Shown here piece after piece: positions 1 to 13,380 of a stretch of DNA of 64,000 nucleotides. The notes under the pieces were generated by a model. The model worked only from the letters and a program-made list of their open reading frames with translations, was not told the DNA's origin and made no database searches. The stretch comes from Takakia lepidozioides (lineage: Eukaryota; Plantae; Bryophyta): the NCBI GenBank assembly GCA_030704615.1, contig CM060731.1:46252001-46316000 (forward strand), given 5' to 3'. Positions within the stretch are counted from its first letter, which is position 1. Every line of letters starts with the position of its first letter. A program made the position numbers and the translations under genes.

Positions 1-1379
1 GTCTCCACAGTTGGTAGTCTGTTGCGTCAGTCTACTGCGTCCCCTCCTTCAGTCCACTGTGCGCAGGTGTCTGTTGTCATAGAGTCTGCTGGTTCAGTCT
101 ACTATACGTGCGCAGGTGTCTCTTGTCGATGAGTCTACTGGAGTCCGCTGGTTCCTTTGTTCTGTGCCACGATGCTCGTGAGTCTACCTGCTCGGTCTGC
201 TGCGTCAGTCTGCTTGTGGACTTGCTGGTGAGTCCTATGCTTGTGGACTTGCTGGTCAGTTTCCTGCTTGTGGACTTGCTCAGTCCCTGGAGTCCGTTGG
301 TTCCTTTGTTCTGTGCCACAATGCTAGTGAGTCTGCTCGTGAGTCTGCGGCTAGTGAGTCCGATGCTGAGTTTTTGGGTTTCTGTCATATACCAGGATGA
401 ACGAGCCAGTATTTGGGAGGCCTTGTGTGCTTGGCGGACGGTGAGCTTCGACCCTCCTTTAGCAGTGAATGCGGTGCGCCGGAAAGTAGAGCGGGTGTGG
501 GAGTACATCTTGTTTAAGTACCCTGGCTCAACAGACGTCATAGCAGCACTGGACTCTACAGACAAAGCATGCGCCAACTCCCCAGTCAACTCCATACTCA
601 CTGCAGACTCGGTGGACACAGAGCTCACCCAATTTGGCATCCAGCAGACTCTTGCCGAGCAGACTCTTTCCCAACAGACTCTTTCCCACCAAACTCTTTT
701 CCACCAGAGTCAGCATAGTCTTGTCCAGCACACTCCCATGTACCAGACTCTCGTCCAGCATACTCCCATCTAGCAAACTGCTTTGCAGACTCCCAGCCAG
801 CAGACTCCCATTGTCACGACCACTATGGGACTTTTTGGAGTTTGCCGCTCGCCATTGCCGCTCATTGATCCCGAAGCTGTGGACTTGACACTTGCCCGTC
901 TGAGGGTGGGGGAAGTCATTGCCAATGTGGATTGGTATAATGAGCTCCATCGCATTGTCACGGATGGCCGGTGACCTTTCACTACAACAGATCGGGGTAT
1001 ATATGACTACCAACCCGCGGTAGTCATGGCTTTCCTCACTATAACCATGACTTCCCTGTATTTCTAGACCAAATTGAGCTTTACGTAGTCGTTCAGATAA
1101 CTATTTGACTACGTAGTCATCTGGGCGACTACGTTGGTAGACGTCTTCATGACTGCATGACTCCGCACTGGACGGAAGGTTGGTCAACGATGATTGACCA
1201 CCACGAGCTCACCACCAAATAGTTGCCAGAATGACTTCTAGTGCAAGCCTTGTAGCCAAAAGGTTAAAATTTAAAAAAAGTTGCTTATACGGTTGCCCAT
1301 TACGGTAGCCATGAAGAGAGGGTTGGGACTTAGCCTCCTTTTGGGGTTTTTTGGTCTTTTGGGCATTTGCTTAGTATCG

Positions 1380-2180
1380 AGCTGAGAGCATGGAACGCGA
1401 CGATCGCAAGATATGCAGGGGCGTCCTGCTCACATTGAACTATGGCGAGGGATTTAGAATTCAAATGGAAGAACAAAAGGTGTGCAAATGGCAGGCCTGC
1501 ATGTGGCCTGTCCGGGGATCCGCCACTTTTGCACTCAGAGAGAAGAGAGGACTTACTTGCAGAGAGGGAGTGTTCGACAGTATGGCTGAACGACACATGT
1601 GGTGTCTGCAAATGCGATGATTGCAAGATATGCCCAGCATGGTCATCTCCTACGGTGTTGTTTCAAACGATAGCTAGGGCTTTGCCTGCGGTGAGCCAAC
1701 CTTTGTCTTTGCTAGCGCAAGAAAAGATGGTCTCCGCCAGTTCCCTTTTATTCCGAATGAAACCCTAGCGAATGCCATGGAACGCTTCGTGAGATTTTGC
1801 AGCTTCCGTCTTCCACGTCTGAGGTGCTTCGGATCAAGGAGCAAGCAATTACCGCATGAAAGGTTAAACCCTAACCACATCACGTTTGTTTGGGTGTGTG
1901 CGCCTGGCAGTCCTGGAAAAGGGCAAAGAGGAGGCAGATACTACTTTGACTTCCGAGTCAAGACCATGGCATCACTCTAGCGCACATAAGCATTTTGGTC
2001 ATGAGCAAATGATGTAGGAAGGGTAAAGCCAAACCAAGTAATGGTTGTTTCTGTTTTCAATGCGTGCGCGAGCGTGTTAGCCCTGGAAAATGGTGCAGAG
2101 GTCCATTGAGACATCGTCAAAGCTGGCATTGTAGTAGTTGTTATTCTGAACACTACGCTAATGGACATGTATGCCAGATG
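1380..2180 (+). pseudogene. Scrambled PLS-class PPR fragments captured in CACTA 1
   Basis: Pieces read GVFDSMAERH..AMIARYAQHG, PNHITFVWVCA and VFNACASVLALENGAEVH*DIVKAGIV..ILNTTLMDMYARC, with stops and frameshifts. Confidence 0.8.
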
Positions 2181-2545
2181 TGAGCTTTTTAGAAGGAGTG
2201 ATCCACCATATCCACAACACCCAATGTAATGTGGGTGCACTTCCTCCATATTGGTCCACATATCCCGTCTCTGGGCTACTCTCTGTGTTGCCTTGAGTTA
2301 TTACTTGCACGCTTCTGTGGCCTACAATCCTTGTGTTCGGAGTGTCTGAGTGGAAGGGGAGCCCATGGTGAGGATTGTGCGTCTGGGAGGAACCCAATTT
2401 TTGATTTCTTGAGGAGGGTTGGACTTCCGAGTTGGGTTGGGCCGAGATGGCAGCTATGGCGGCTTGCTCAATGGGGAATGCTATGGTGTTGGGAACTAGG
2501 ACACTGGAGGCAGGGGCAGGATCGAGCTTGCAGAGCACAGCAAGG

Positions 2546-2973
2546 ATGGCATTTTCCTCGCTTTCTTCCAGGCAATGCAGGATTGCCCAGTCGGGTTCTG
2601 CGTAGAAGGCGTTTGGCCTGTCTAATGGCCACAAGGTGGTGATGTCTGATGTGAAAGAGGTGCCAAAGAAGGGGACCAAGGAGCTTAGCAAGGATACTCT
2701 GTTCACTCCACGGTTTTACACCACTGATTTTGATGAAATGGAACGCCGGAGACCAACAAGAATTTGAACGAGGCTGAGTTCCAAGCCTTGGCTGCTGAGT
2801 TCAAAGCAGACTATAACCAGACTCACGTCTACGTCAGGAATCCCGAGTTCAAGGCAGCTGCTGAAAAGCTACAGGGCCCCATGCGCAAGATTTTTGTGGA
2901 GTTTCTTGAGCGCTCCTGCACTGTGGTGTTTTCTGGTTGTTTCTTGTACAAAGAACTCGGAAGGAGATTGAAG
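2546..2973 (+). pseudogene. CRD1: Captured first exon of Mg-protoporphyrin IX monomethyl ester cyclase (CRD1/CHL27/AcsF)
   Basis: Reads [81 protein letters not shown], followed by a GT donor at 2974. A transit-peptide-like start at 2546 contains a stop, and there is a frameshift/deletion near 2745-2760. Confidence 0.92.
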
Positions 2974-4512
2974 GTAATCCATTCGCCGACCTATGTCTAT
3001 CTCGCAGAATGCTGACCTCGGCAGTTTCTCTCTTTTTGTCAAAGGTTTCAGATGACACGCCTCTAAGCATCAGCAACTCATTTGCAGATAGTTGTTGGAT
3101 TGGAGCCTGAGTTATGTTTTCCTATCACACCCATATGGCTGATCTCCTTCCAGATGTAACCTCCTCACTGGAACTGACACACTTGCCTCCTTAAATGTAA
3201 TTTCTCCAGCCACCACATTTACATGTTGCCTCTCTTTCGTGCCATCTCGTTTATACTCGTCTTTCCGAGGAGAACCTGATGGCACCACATTCAGCTTTAC
3301 ATTGCCATGAAGCTAGTGGTTTTCCCACAAACAGCAATGGTGATATTACCAGCCCATTACTCTCTCGCTCCAATTCCTTTTGTCTATGCAAGTATTCCTA
3401 ATGCCTTTTCTCTCACTTCAGTGTCTTGATTGCCAACTCCACTTTTTGTCAAAGCACCAGACAATGACTTTCACTTGGCTGACACAGGTCACTTGAAGAC
3501 TCAAATATTTGGGAGCTCAGATCAGTTTCTCCATGCTTTGTTCCACAGTAGCCAATCTCTGCATCTTTTGTTGTTCGACTTTTACCCCCACCTTTGGCGC
3601 CTTGTCATTTACAGCGCCTCCTCCTTTGCTGGTGCATGTTCTTCTGAATGGAAAGCAACATATCCCCCTACCTTTGAGTTGCCAAAAACTAGCTGCGACA
3701 ACTTATTCCACATGCTCAGCACCGGACATGAAGTCTGCTTGTTTGCATGGTAAGCACCCATCCTTTCATTTGCTGCAACTTGGCTTTTCTCAATCTGTCC
3801 CAGCCCCCCTTTAATTCTAGGTATGGCTCTACTTTGGATGCCTTTGCTTGTGACAACAAAATTGACATGCCCATTTTGCATACTTCAACTCATCTCAAAC
3901 AAGTTTTGTCGCCCTTATTCATACATGTGGTGATCCAATTGCAGGGTTATTACTTGGCATCTTCATCCCTTTCTCCCGCTCAATGCACTGTTACTAATTA
4001 GTGACCCCAACAGCTCCAGCCTTTGCTTGTGTCAACACCTCATCTCCAGGTTTGCACTCCAGATTTTGTTCCCACCTTTGCTTTTCAGTCCATTTCTTTG
4101 CTTGGGTTTTTGACTGAACATAATCACTCAACTTTCAGATTCAATTACAACCTATTTCTGGCTCCTCGATGATGGTATATTCTGGTACTTCCAGCCTGGA
4201 ACTTGTACTTCTACTTCATACCGCTGGTTCAAAACTTTGCTTACCTGCAGTCCCCTCACCTTGTGACGACCTATTTGTAGCAACACCTCATGTTCCCTCC
4301 GTTGTGTTCCAATCTGCTTTATTCTGTACCCTTGTTGAACTGTTTTTTGTTGCTCCTGCCCTGATTTCCAGATTGGTTCACAAGGTTTGGAATCAGTCCC
4401 ACATGTACCTTCATTCCACCCTTCAACAATTTGTCTCCAGCTATCTTCTAAACCACAAGTCTTCATTGCATTGTTAGATGTTGTAGCTTCAATATGGCCA
4501 TCACATCTTGGA

Positions 4513-5426
4513 CTTTGGCATGAGTTTTTAAGAGGTCCTTCACAATGGTGGGACAACCACAGTTGCAAGGTGTGGCTTTCTTAATGACATCTGATGTGAA
4601 CAAGTTTGTCTATGGTAGTTTGGAATGATTGTGACATGTTATTGCATTGCCAATGTGGCAGCTGTGAAAAGCAAAAACCAACTTGAAGAGGAGAAGCTTT
4701 TCTTCAAATATTTTTGGACCCCAGTCAATGGTTTACAAGGTTCTTTGGAGAGTCAGCTTGGTCTTAGCAGGCCGTGTTTCAATCCCTGCCTGTTTAGCTG
4801 CACCGTGGTGGTTCTCACAGACCAGTCCGACATTACCTGACTACAGACACAAGCAGCACACACAAGAGGTCCTTTTGGGTTGATGGTCGGTTAAATCCTC
4901 CATGGGTCATGACACAAGGTCAAGGATAATGTGGTGAGGCACCTTCTTCTTCAACCTATTTCAGTCTGTTTTGCCCTCTCCTCATTAGGGTTGGGGTGTT
5001 TGCTGGAAGAACTTCACGTCGTCAGTGTCAGCAAGGCTGAGGATGTATTCATCATTTATACACAGGCAGGGATAGCTGAAGGACCAGGTCCATAGAGGTT
5101 CAGATTCATCCAAGAGGGCTGGATTTCAAACACAAGATTACTTCTGATTCCCTGTGGATCAATATTAGCTACAAGAAATCTGCGTGGATAGATGGTCAAC
5201 TGGAAACAGCAGTGGCAGCAGCACAATTGATAGAACAAGACACAGCTAATGAAGGCACCTTCTTCAACACATTTCAGCCTGTTTTTCCCTGTTATCAGAG
5301 TCGTCCCTAATTTCATGTTGAATTCTGCAAGTTAGCTGGTAGAGTGAACCTTTGATAGTTTGGAGTGACTTTGACATGATACTGCCAATGTGACAACAGC
5401 AATGGTGGGACAATCGTGGCAAGAAG
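4513..5426 (+). pseudogene. Two OSB-type PDF-motif exon ends captured in CACTA 1
   Basis: LWHEFLRGPSQWWDNHSCK|GT (4513-4569) and QWWDNRGKK|GT (5400-5426) resemble the W..FF..P..WWDNR half of the plant OSB PDF motif. Both end at a phase-0 GT donor. Confidence 0.65.
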
Positions 5427-6049
5427 GTGAATGCCTGCTGGATTATAGAGAGTAGCAGATGCAATTGAGCATAGGAACTAGTGTGATAAGTTGAGGTGGG
5501 TGTTTCCTAGAACAAATCTAGGCTGTCATCGTCAGCTGCTAGCAGCAAGGCAAGGATGTATGCATGATTTGGCATGGGTAGCTGAAGGAGCAGGGAAGAG
5601 GGCCAGATTTCAAGCTCCAGATTACCTATGATTCCTTGTGGATCAATAGCTACAAGAAACCTGCATGGGTAGATGGTCAACTAAAGGCAGCAGCTGCAGC
5701 ACTAAGGGTCCCCTCTGTGGGCATGTAAATACAGCCCACAAAGAGGTTCTTCCTACTCACGCCGCAAGCAGGGCGCTGCCGCACCAGTAGCCACCAGCAA
5801 CAGGCCCCTGCACTTGGTGAGTATTTTCAATTGTCCTTCACTTAATATACATGTTAGCAAGGCATTATATCAAAATGTCTGGCTTAGATCCAGTTTGGAT
5901 AATGTGAACATGAACTTGCCCACCAGCTTCCAAGCTTTCTTCCTTATGCACTCATGCAAGAGACAGAGCTAAGTATTGAATCTGCTGAATTGTTTCCTTG
6001 GTTTATAGGGGGCAGGGCAAAGAATCATAGGTAGTTTTGTGCTTGAAAT

Positions 6050-6350
6050 GGAGCCCTCGTGGACATGTACATGCAAAATGTGGGTGCATCCGAGGATGCA
6101 AAGGGAGTGTTCGACAGTATGGCTGAACGAAATGTGGGGTCGTGGAGTGCGATGATTGCAGGATATGCACAGCAAGGGCTGGGATGGAGGCTTTGGAGAC
6201 CTATGAGCAAATGATGTCCGAAGGGGTGCGTTTGTTTGCATTTGCAATGCATGTGCAAGCCTAGCAGCCCTGGGAAAGGGCAAAGAGGTCCATGGTGACA
6301 TCGTCAAATCTGGAATTGTACCCGATGTCATTCTGAACACTGTCTTGGTG
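6050..6350 (+). pseudogene. PLS-PPR fragment captured in CACTA 1
   Basis: Reads ALVDMY..KCG..EDAKGVFDSMAERNVGSWSAMIAGYAQQG...CNACASLAALGKGKEVHGDIVKSGIVPDVILNTVLV with frameshifts. Closely similar to 54752-55830. Confidence 0.85.
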
Positions 6351-9306
6351 ATACAGGGTGATGAATTACTTGTGTCATCAAGTTTTGAAATACAGGGCGA
6401 TGAACTTTTTGACTTGGTTCTTTCCTCTGATTCTTGTCTATGAATAAAAGCATTGATTTGCACAGTCATTTCTTGTCACTTTGTTCTTTCCTGTGAATCT
6501 TTCCTGTGAATGAGGTTCCTTTGATTCGTTGTGACATCTTGATGACCAGTAGTTGCTACGCTTGGGTGGGTCATGTGGGTTACTGCAGTCAGTAGTTAGA
6601 TTCACTATAGCAGTCCAAGTGCAGATTACAAAAAGACTCGAGCACTACTAGGGTTCTACTATATAAGCAATATCACTTTAACACCACTAAACAACCTGCA
6701 ATCATACATTGACACATGTCATATCCAATAGAAAACACTGGGCATAGTCTTGGTTTTGACTGTTAAATACATTTAAAACTTCAAAACAAACCCATTATAT
6801 GATGCCACGTGTCCAGATATTAGCTTGTTGTAGTCAGGAGAATGACTGCAGGACCTCCTCATGGAAATGCCACGTGTCAATTCCTCGGGTGCCATATGGC
6901 GCACATCCAAAAATCTCCCGGAGTTATTAAAAAGAGACACGTGTACATTGCAGCACACTAAGTCATATATGGTAGAAGTACATATGACTGCCAAATGACA
7001 GTGAGATGTATCACTTCGTTCATCTGACTCCCATGACCGACCATCCTGTACTCATTGTATTCACTTGGTTTGCACGACTTGCAATCATAGCAGTCATATG
7101 TACCGTTTATGACTACGAGATAGTCATATATACAGTCATAAATACCGCGATCTGTTGTAGTGTTTTGTTCCCTTTCATTATTCCATGGAATTTACTATGG
7201 CAGAAGCGAATGAAGTCCTCGAAAGCGCACATTCTGTTGCCCTGGCAGCCACGAAGGTCCAAAATGCCCCGCCACTGCTTGTCCAATTAATCCTCATGGA
7301 TGACCCACAGCCTCAGGAACTTAGACATATGTCCATGGCACATCCTACCTTTAGGGTGTGGGGAAAGCACTTGCTTGGAATTACTGAAGAGTACTTTGAT
7401 CGCATTGCTAATTCTTTCCTTCACCATCGATGGATGCAGTTCGGCAATTTCCGTTCATACAGTAAATTGGTAAAGGACTTGCAAAGTTTGAGGAAGTATT
7501 TGTTTCATTCAGATTCGGAAGCGGGTAAGAAGAGTGTTGTGGATGAGGCGTTGCAATGGTTTGCTGCAGTAATGGAGCAAGCAGTGTTCGATATTGTGTT
7601 GAACAGACTGGATGTGTTCAAAGTCCTTTGGTGCGGCTCCCCATTTGAAAACTGCATGCCAGCGATTCGCCATCTCGATGGAGCATGCTTGGGACGTCAA
7701 ATCCAAGATATTGGTCTCATTGGCAACCTCCTAGAAGGTAATGGCGACTTCTTCTGGACCGTTGTAAAGTTCATGGTCTTTTCTTCCACCATCATGTCAG
7801 ACTCACTTTGTCCAACTCATCTGTTTCAGGAATGTCCGATTTAGACGAGCACGTGCAGTGTGCTTTCGATTCCCTTGCCAGAGGTGCACGAGATGTTGTG
7901 CTGGCGTTACAGGGACTTCATGACACCGTTCAGCAGACTGCTGACGACGCCATTGCTCAGCAGACTGACCCACTGCAACAAAAAAAACATGGACGGACTG
8001 TCAACACTATCCCAGCCATTGTTCAGGAGAGTGGGCGCACTACAGGCCACACCGAGGACGAGGAGACTCGTGAGCAGACCGGCGAGCAAACTGAAGGACT
8101 GCCTCTGCACCAAACCGTGCAGCATACCGATGACGTCGCTATCAAGCAGACCGTCCAACATACCAATGAGCAGACCGGGCTGCAGACGGATGACTTGGCT
8201 GTGCACCAGCAGACTGTGCAGCATACCAATGACCAAACCGTCCAACAGACTAAAAGCAGTCACCACAATGACAGTGCCCTGCAGACTGTCCAGCAGATTC
8301 ACGACCACACTGAATCGGAGGACCCAACTACACTTCCTGTCCGCCAGTCCGGATCCTGGCTCGTTGAACAGAGTCGGCTGCACTGGCCTCAACGGGACCC
8401 TGTCTCTGAATTTCCGCGGAGTTCTATCAGTGCATTGACGGAGTCTTCTTTTCTCGCCGGGCCATCTTCACATATTGGCACATCGTTTGAGGATATAAGC
8501 CGGGCACCGATAAACCATTCTTCTCCAGTGGCCCATGGCCTGCCATCTATTTCCATTCAGCTCAGCCCGGTTTTGGTTCAATCGCTTGCGAAAGCTCTAG
8601 ATGATTCTTACGTGACCGACCGCAATATGGGAACTCAACCCCGTATCATTGACCTTACTGAAGAACTAGACGATGTAGTTGCCGCGGATAATTTAGATGT
8701 CGGCGGTAATCAAGCTTTTTCTGCATCAGACCCTGAAGACACAGTTGATTTGCAAGTTGATAGATTGATCTCCTCCTTGCAAGACACTACAACAGATGAG
8801 CGTTTTTATGACTGCACATATGACTATTTTTTCAGTCCTATATGCGTTCATGACTATATCACTCTGCAGTGAAAAAAGCCTTGTTATAGCGACTAGTCTT
8901 TAGGACTGCGTTTTGCAAGTCATAGCCGTGACTGCGTGCGTGGCACCTGGAGTCATGCTGTAGAGAGGATGTAGTCACAACTATATGATTTATATATGAC
9001 TAACTATATGACTACATGTCTACAAAGTATAACTCCATTGGAGAGGCGTCAGAGAGACATATGTAGCACTCCGGATGTGACACGTGTCCACATGGACAAC
9101 ATATATGACCCACACGTGGGAAAGAATATCGTATCATATAATGCCACGTTGCCATGATGTAGTCATGAGTATATAACTTCATGACTAAAGAAGTTTTTTA
9201 ATAATATTTTAATTTAATAAATTAAATCATACATAATATTTAGATTATTAATTGATTTAAATTCTCATTAGGTATCTAGGAAAATAGAATGGAAGCCATT
9301 GTTGTC

Positions 9307-9690
9307 TTTTTTTTTTTTTTTTTTTTGGTTAACAAAGAGGGACAGTGGGGGACATTGGCCTCTAGAACTTTATAGGTAATGGACATAAAATGTCCTTGGA
9401 TACAAAGAGGAAAAATAACCTCTGGATAGAGTGCCATAGAGGCTGAAAGAGGAAGACACAACTTCGCGTACCAAGACAAGAAAGAGTAGTAAGAAGGAAG
9501 GCAAGCAAAGAAGGGGGTCTGCATAGAGCTAAAGAGTCTAGCAGGAAAAGAGACTGCAGCCAGAAACTACTGCCATAACTTGGAAACAGAAAGGCACCGA
9601 GCTAAGGAGAAGAACTGAAAATCAGCTAACAATGTCATAAGAAAGCTGGGCCCTAGGCCTAGCCTTCCACTTCCTAAAAGATCTACAGAT
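9307..9690 (-). mobile_element. Possible 5'-truncated LINE 3' end with poly(A) tail
   Basis: A ~20-nt T run at 9307-9326 corresponds to poly(A) on the minus strand, and the adjacent sequence is decayed-coding-like. No clear TSD found. Confidence 0.3.
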
Positions 9691-9908
9691 GGAGAGACAT
9701 CCCTGCAGGGATCGTGCTCTTCAGCTCAAGACCAACCAATTGATCATCTATCCATGCAGGTTTCTTGTAGCTATCCTTCCACAGGGAATCATATGTAATC
9801 TGGAGATTGAAATCCGGCCCTCTTGGATGAATCTGGACCCATGCACTCTATCCCTGCTCCTTCAGCTATCCATGCCTCTGCACAAATCATGTATATACGT
9901 ATCATGTA

Positions 9909-9914
<6 letters not shown>

Positions 9915-9959
<45 letters not shown>
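9915..9959. repeat. (GA)n microsatellite
   Basis: About 22 GA units read directly. Confidence 0.95.
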
Positions 9960-9962
<3 letters not shown>

Positions 9963-12900
9963 TTACCATGTCACATTCCCAATCTCTGGGGGGAGCTTAA
10001 GAATACAGTTCGCAATCAAAAAGCCCTTTAAAAATACTGGCTTGGTAATTCTTGGGTTCAAATAGCTTAAACAAGTATGTTGTAAGCTCAACAGGTCTTT
10101 GAGAAAACCATTCCAGCAGGCCTAAGAGTGAGAGCTTTGATGAAAACAATTCCCTATTACAGCTTTAAAGGACTTGTATGTTCCTAAAAGCACAAGCTGA
10201 ACTGATTGTACTTCCATAAGTAGATGCAGGGCTATGGTATGTATCCCAGGGCCTTATCCAGTCACTCTGCCAAGTTTTAGAGAGATCCTCAAAAATACCA
10301 GTCTGTAATCAGGTTATAATCTCCATGGGGGAGCCTGAAAGAATGTATGTGTTCTTAAAAAGGCTTACCCAATGCCTTACTTAATACATTCTAAACTGGT
10401 GAGGCATAAACAACACTGTCTGACTCTCCAAAAGGCCAGAAAACAGGTCTGGAAAAATGCATCCAATGTCACACTTGCATCACCAAACCCTTGTCATCAC
10501 AACCAGCCCGAACCTTCACAATAAGGTCTGATTTCTAGGAGGCCCAGCCCATTTACTTCCCTGACTTAACAGATTTGGTTACCAAGAACCAGAAATCAAA
10601 GTAAAGGTTTAAGGCATATCCCCCTTGAAGCAGCTTTGAAGCAGAAAATTGCAACAACGGCAACTTGCAGCATATCTTATCCCTCCTACAGTAACCAAAT
10701 CATCTGCAAGCCAAAGAGTTCATGCCAAGTGAAATCCCTCACCTGCGCCCGTCCCAAAAACAAACACAAAAAATGTTTTGTGCGTTAGTAAGGATGCGCG
10801 AGGTGAATTACATGATTTCACAGTTGCTATCCATGTCAGGTATGAGCCATAAAGCATGCAAAGATCACAGAACCAGCAGAAGAAAGCATAGATGTGACAC
10901 CACAAAGAACCTCAATCTTTTGTGGAGTAGGACGTTGCAGTGTTCATCATCTGAATTTGAACAAGCACAACAGAATGCAACGGGAGGAGAGTTGAGGACA
11001 GGTTGTATCTTGTAATACAGGCCGCTTTCCCACCTCCATAACTGCCGCTGCTTCATCAATGAGGAAAAAACGTAGGCAAACATAACAGTATGTCATTTGC
11101 CATCGCGGGAGATGAAAGTGTCTGCCATCATCGCGCGTTCAAAAAACAAGAAACACACCCGTTCGGATCTTGCTGCTCGGGCATTCAGCCGCCATCGCCC
11201 TCTTCCAGAGAAAAAAAACACGCACGATATCGTGCTGTGTCTAGGGCAGAGAGACACTTAAAGGAAAACCACCCGCGATTTCATCCACCATCCGGTATGG
11301 ATGGTATCAGACCAGGATGAAAAATGGGCATTCAATAGGTTTAAATCAAAGGAGCATAAACCTAAAATGCATTGAAATGCATATCTGCCTGTAAATCATC
11401 CAGTTATGGTTATAACAAAAATTTCATTCAGTATGGATGAAACCTTAAAAACCCTCTTGGATGAACCTGGACCTCTATCCCTAGTCCTTTAGCTACCCCT
11501 GTCTGTGTACAAATCATAAATACTTGCTGCTAGCAGCTGACACTGACGGCGTGAAGTTCTTCCAGCAAACCCCAACCCTAATTATTACAGTAGTTCTAAT
11601 TCTAAATTGCATCTACTTCTCTCTAGTGTAGTCCAACATGCATTCACCTTTTTGTCTCCATTGTCTCGCCATTGACTGGGGTCGGAAAAGTGTTCATTCC
11701 AAAGCTTCTCCTCATCTCTATTACCTGTTTTTGGATACTTTCATGCTGCCAAACAGAGCAAAACAGGCTGAAATAGGTCAAAGAAGAAGGTATCTTTACC
11801 ACATTGTCCTTTACCTTGTATCATGACCCATAGAGGATTTGACCGACCATCAGCCCAAAAGGACCCCTTGTGTGTGCTGCTTGTATCTGTAGTCAGGTAA
11901 TGTTGGATTGGTATGTGAGATCGAACCACCACGGTGCAGCTAAGCAGGCAGAGATTGAAACACGGCCTGCTAAGACCAAGCTGACTCTCCCAAAAACAGC
12001 GAGCGTCTCCTCGTCTCGTCTCTCTCCCAAAAACGGCGAGCTCACAAGAATGTTGGGATCTTCTCCTCGTCTCCTCTCCTCCTCCTCTTCTCCTTCCTGC
12101 ATCATTTGCTCAAGAGTAGGAAGGTCTGCAAAGCCTCCATCCCACGCCCCTGCATATCCTACGATCATCGCGTTCCATGACACAACATCAAATAGATGGT
12201 GAAACGCAGGAGACAAAAAAGCCTAAGTCCCAGCCCGGTGTAAAGTTCGGCGGTGTAATCTTAAACCATTAGATCTTAAACAATCTAGACCGTTAGATCC
12301 TGTAAAATCTAACGATTCAAAATAATTTCCATCACATGATCTAACCTTGTACAACCACGTATTTTAATCTCATATATCTTGCGATCTTTGTTAAGCCACG
12401 TCCATCCAAGTCCAATTTATTGAACAGATATCAAATCGACACACCGTATAGGCGGATGGATGAACCCATCCATTGAATGAATTCATTAATGTATATGCCT
12501 TTTAAATGACATGTGTAGTGATGTAGTCATATATATAGAGTTATGAAACAATTTGCAGTAAGGTACTCATAAGTTTACATGCCATGTCATCGATGGATAA
12601 ACTCATCCAATGGATGAATACATGCATGTATGTGCTTTCAAAATGACACGTGTAGGGATGTAGTCGTATAAATAGAGCTGTAAAACCATCTTCAGTCATG
12701 GAGTCACAAGATTCCATGAAACGTCGTCCACGTCTAGTCAAACATATCACACTAGTCATAAAACCATCCTTGTCATCATGGTCAACAATGTTTGACCAAT
12801 GCTCCCTAATTTTCCGGAGTCATGTAGTGATATCCATTACTATAAAGTGATAAAACTATGACTGCGACGCATTTCAGCGCTCTGTAGTCGTATACCTAGT

Positions 12901-13094
12901 GGCATTTTTATGACTCCGCCAAATCCGTAGTCCTAAAAACGCTCATCTCTTGTAGTGAGAGCAGACCGACCACGAGAGTGACCACCAGGTTGAACAGCAG
13001 ACTGACTAGAGCAAAAAGCAGACTGAGCACCAAACTGACCAGACTGAGGACAGTGAGCAGCTAGCAGACTGACACTGAACATGGTCCTCTGAGG

Positions 13095-13380
13095 GAGGGC
13101 CAACATGCCGTTCCCCCCGCCCACGAGAGTGTCCACCAGACTCGACAGTAGACTAACCAGAGCGGCGAGCAGACTGAGGACACTGAGCAGCAGACTGATG
13201 CCGAACATGGACAGACTAAGGGCCAACATGTCGTTCCCCCCGCACACGAGAGTGTTCACCAGACTCGACAGCAGACTGACCAGAGCGGCGAGCAGACTGA
13301 GCACCAGGCTAACCAGACTTAGAATACTGAGCAGCATAGTGACGATAACATTGGACAGACTGAGGGCCAACATGCCGCGC
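13095..13380 (+). repeat. ~123-bp tandem repeat (~2.3 copies)
   Basis: GGGCCAACATG..GTTCCCCCCGC.CACGAGAGTGT.CACCAGACTCGACAG recurs at ~13096 and ~13219, with a partial copy near 13363. Confidence 0.7.

Larger units (their letters stand above)
980..7162. mobile_element. Non-autonomous CACTA element carrying captured gene fragments (Pack-CACTA 1)
   Basis: TIRs are CACTACAACAGATCGGGGTATATATGACT (from 980) and its near-perfect inverse ending at 7162. TSD is TTT (977-979 / 7163-7165). ATGACT/AGTCAT subterminal repeats occur at both ends. No transposase inside. Confidence 0.93.
8785..12957. mobile_element. Non-autonomous CACTA element (Pack-CACTA 2)
   Basis: TIRs are CACTACAACAGATGAGCGTTTTTATGACT (8785) and the inverse of CACTACAAGAGATGAGCGTTTTTAGGACT (ending 12957). 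TSD is AGA (8782-8784 / 12958-12960). ATGACT/AGTCAT subterminal repeats are present. Cargo includes a minus-strand PPR piece (~12130-12200, FDVVSWNAMIVGYAG) and segments shared with CACTA 1. Confidence 0.93.

Noticed and set aside
77-640. Minus-strand ORFs over motif-rich regions (also 7907-8392 and 12933-13382)
   Set aside because: They are antisense shadows of the CAGACT-rich repeats and the plus-strand ORF.
2546-2973. Functional CRD1 gene
   Set aside because: Only exon 1 is present, with a stop, a frameshift and altered conserved residues, and it lies inside a CACTA element.
11242-11484. hAT MITE bounded by TAGGG...CCCTA
   Set aside because: The TIR match is weak and there is no 8-bp TSD.
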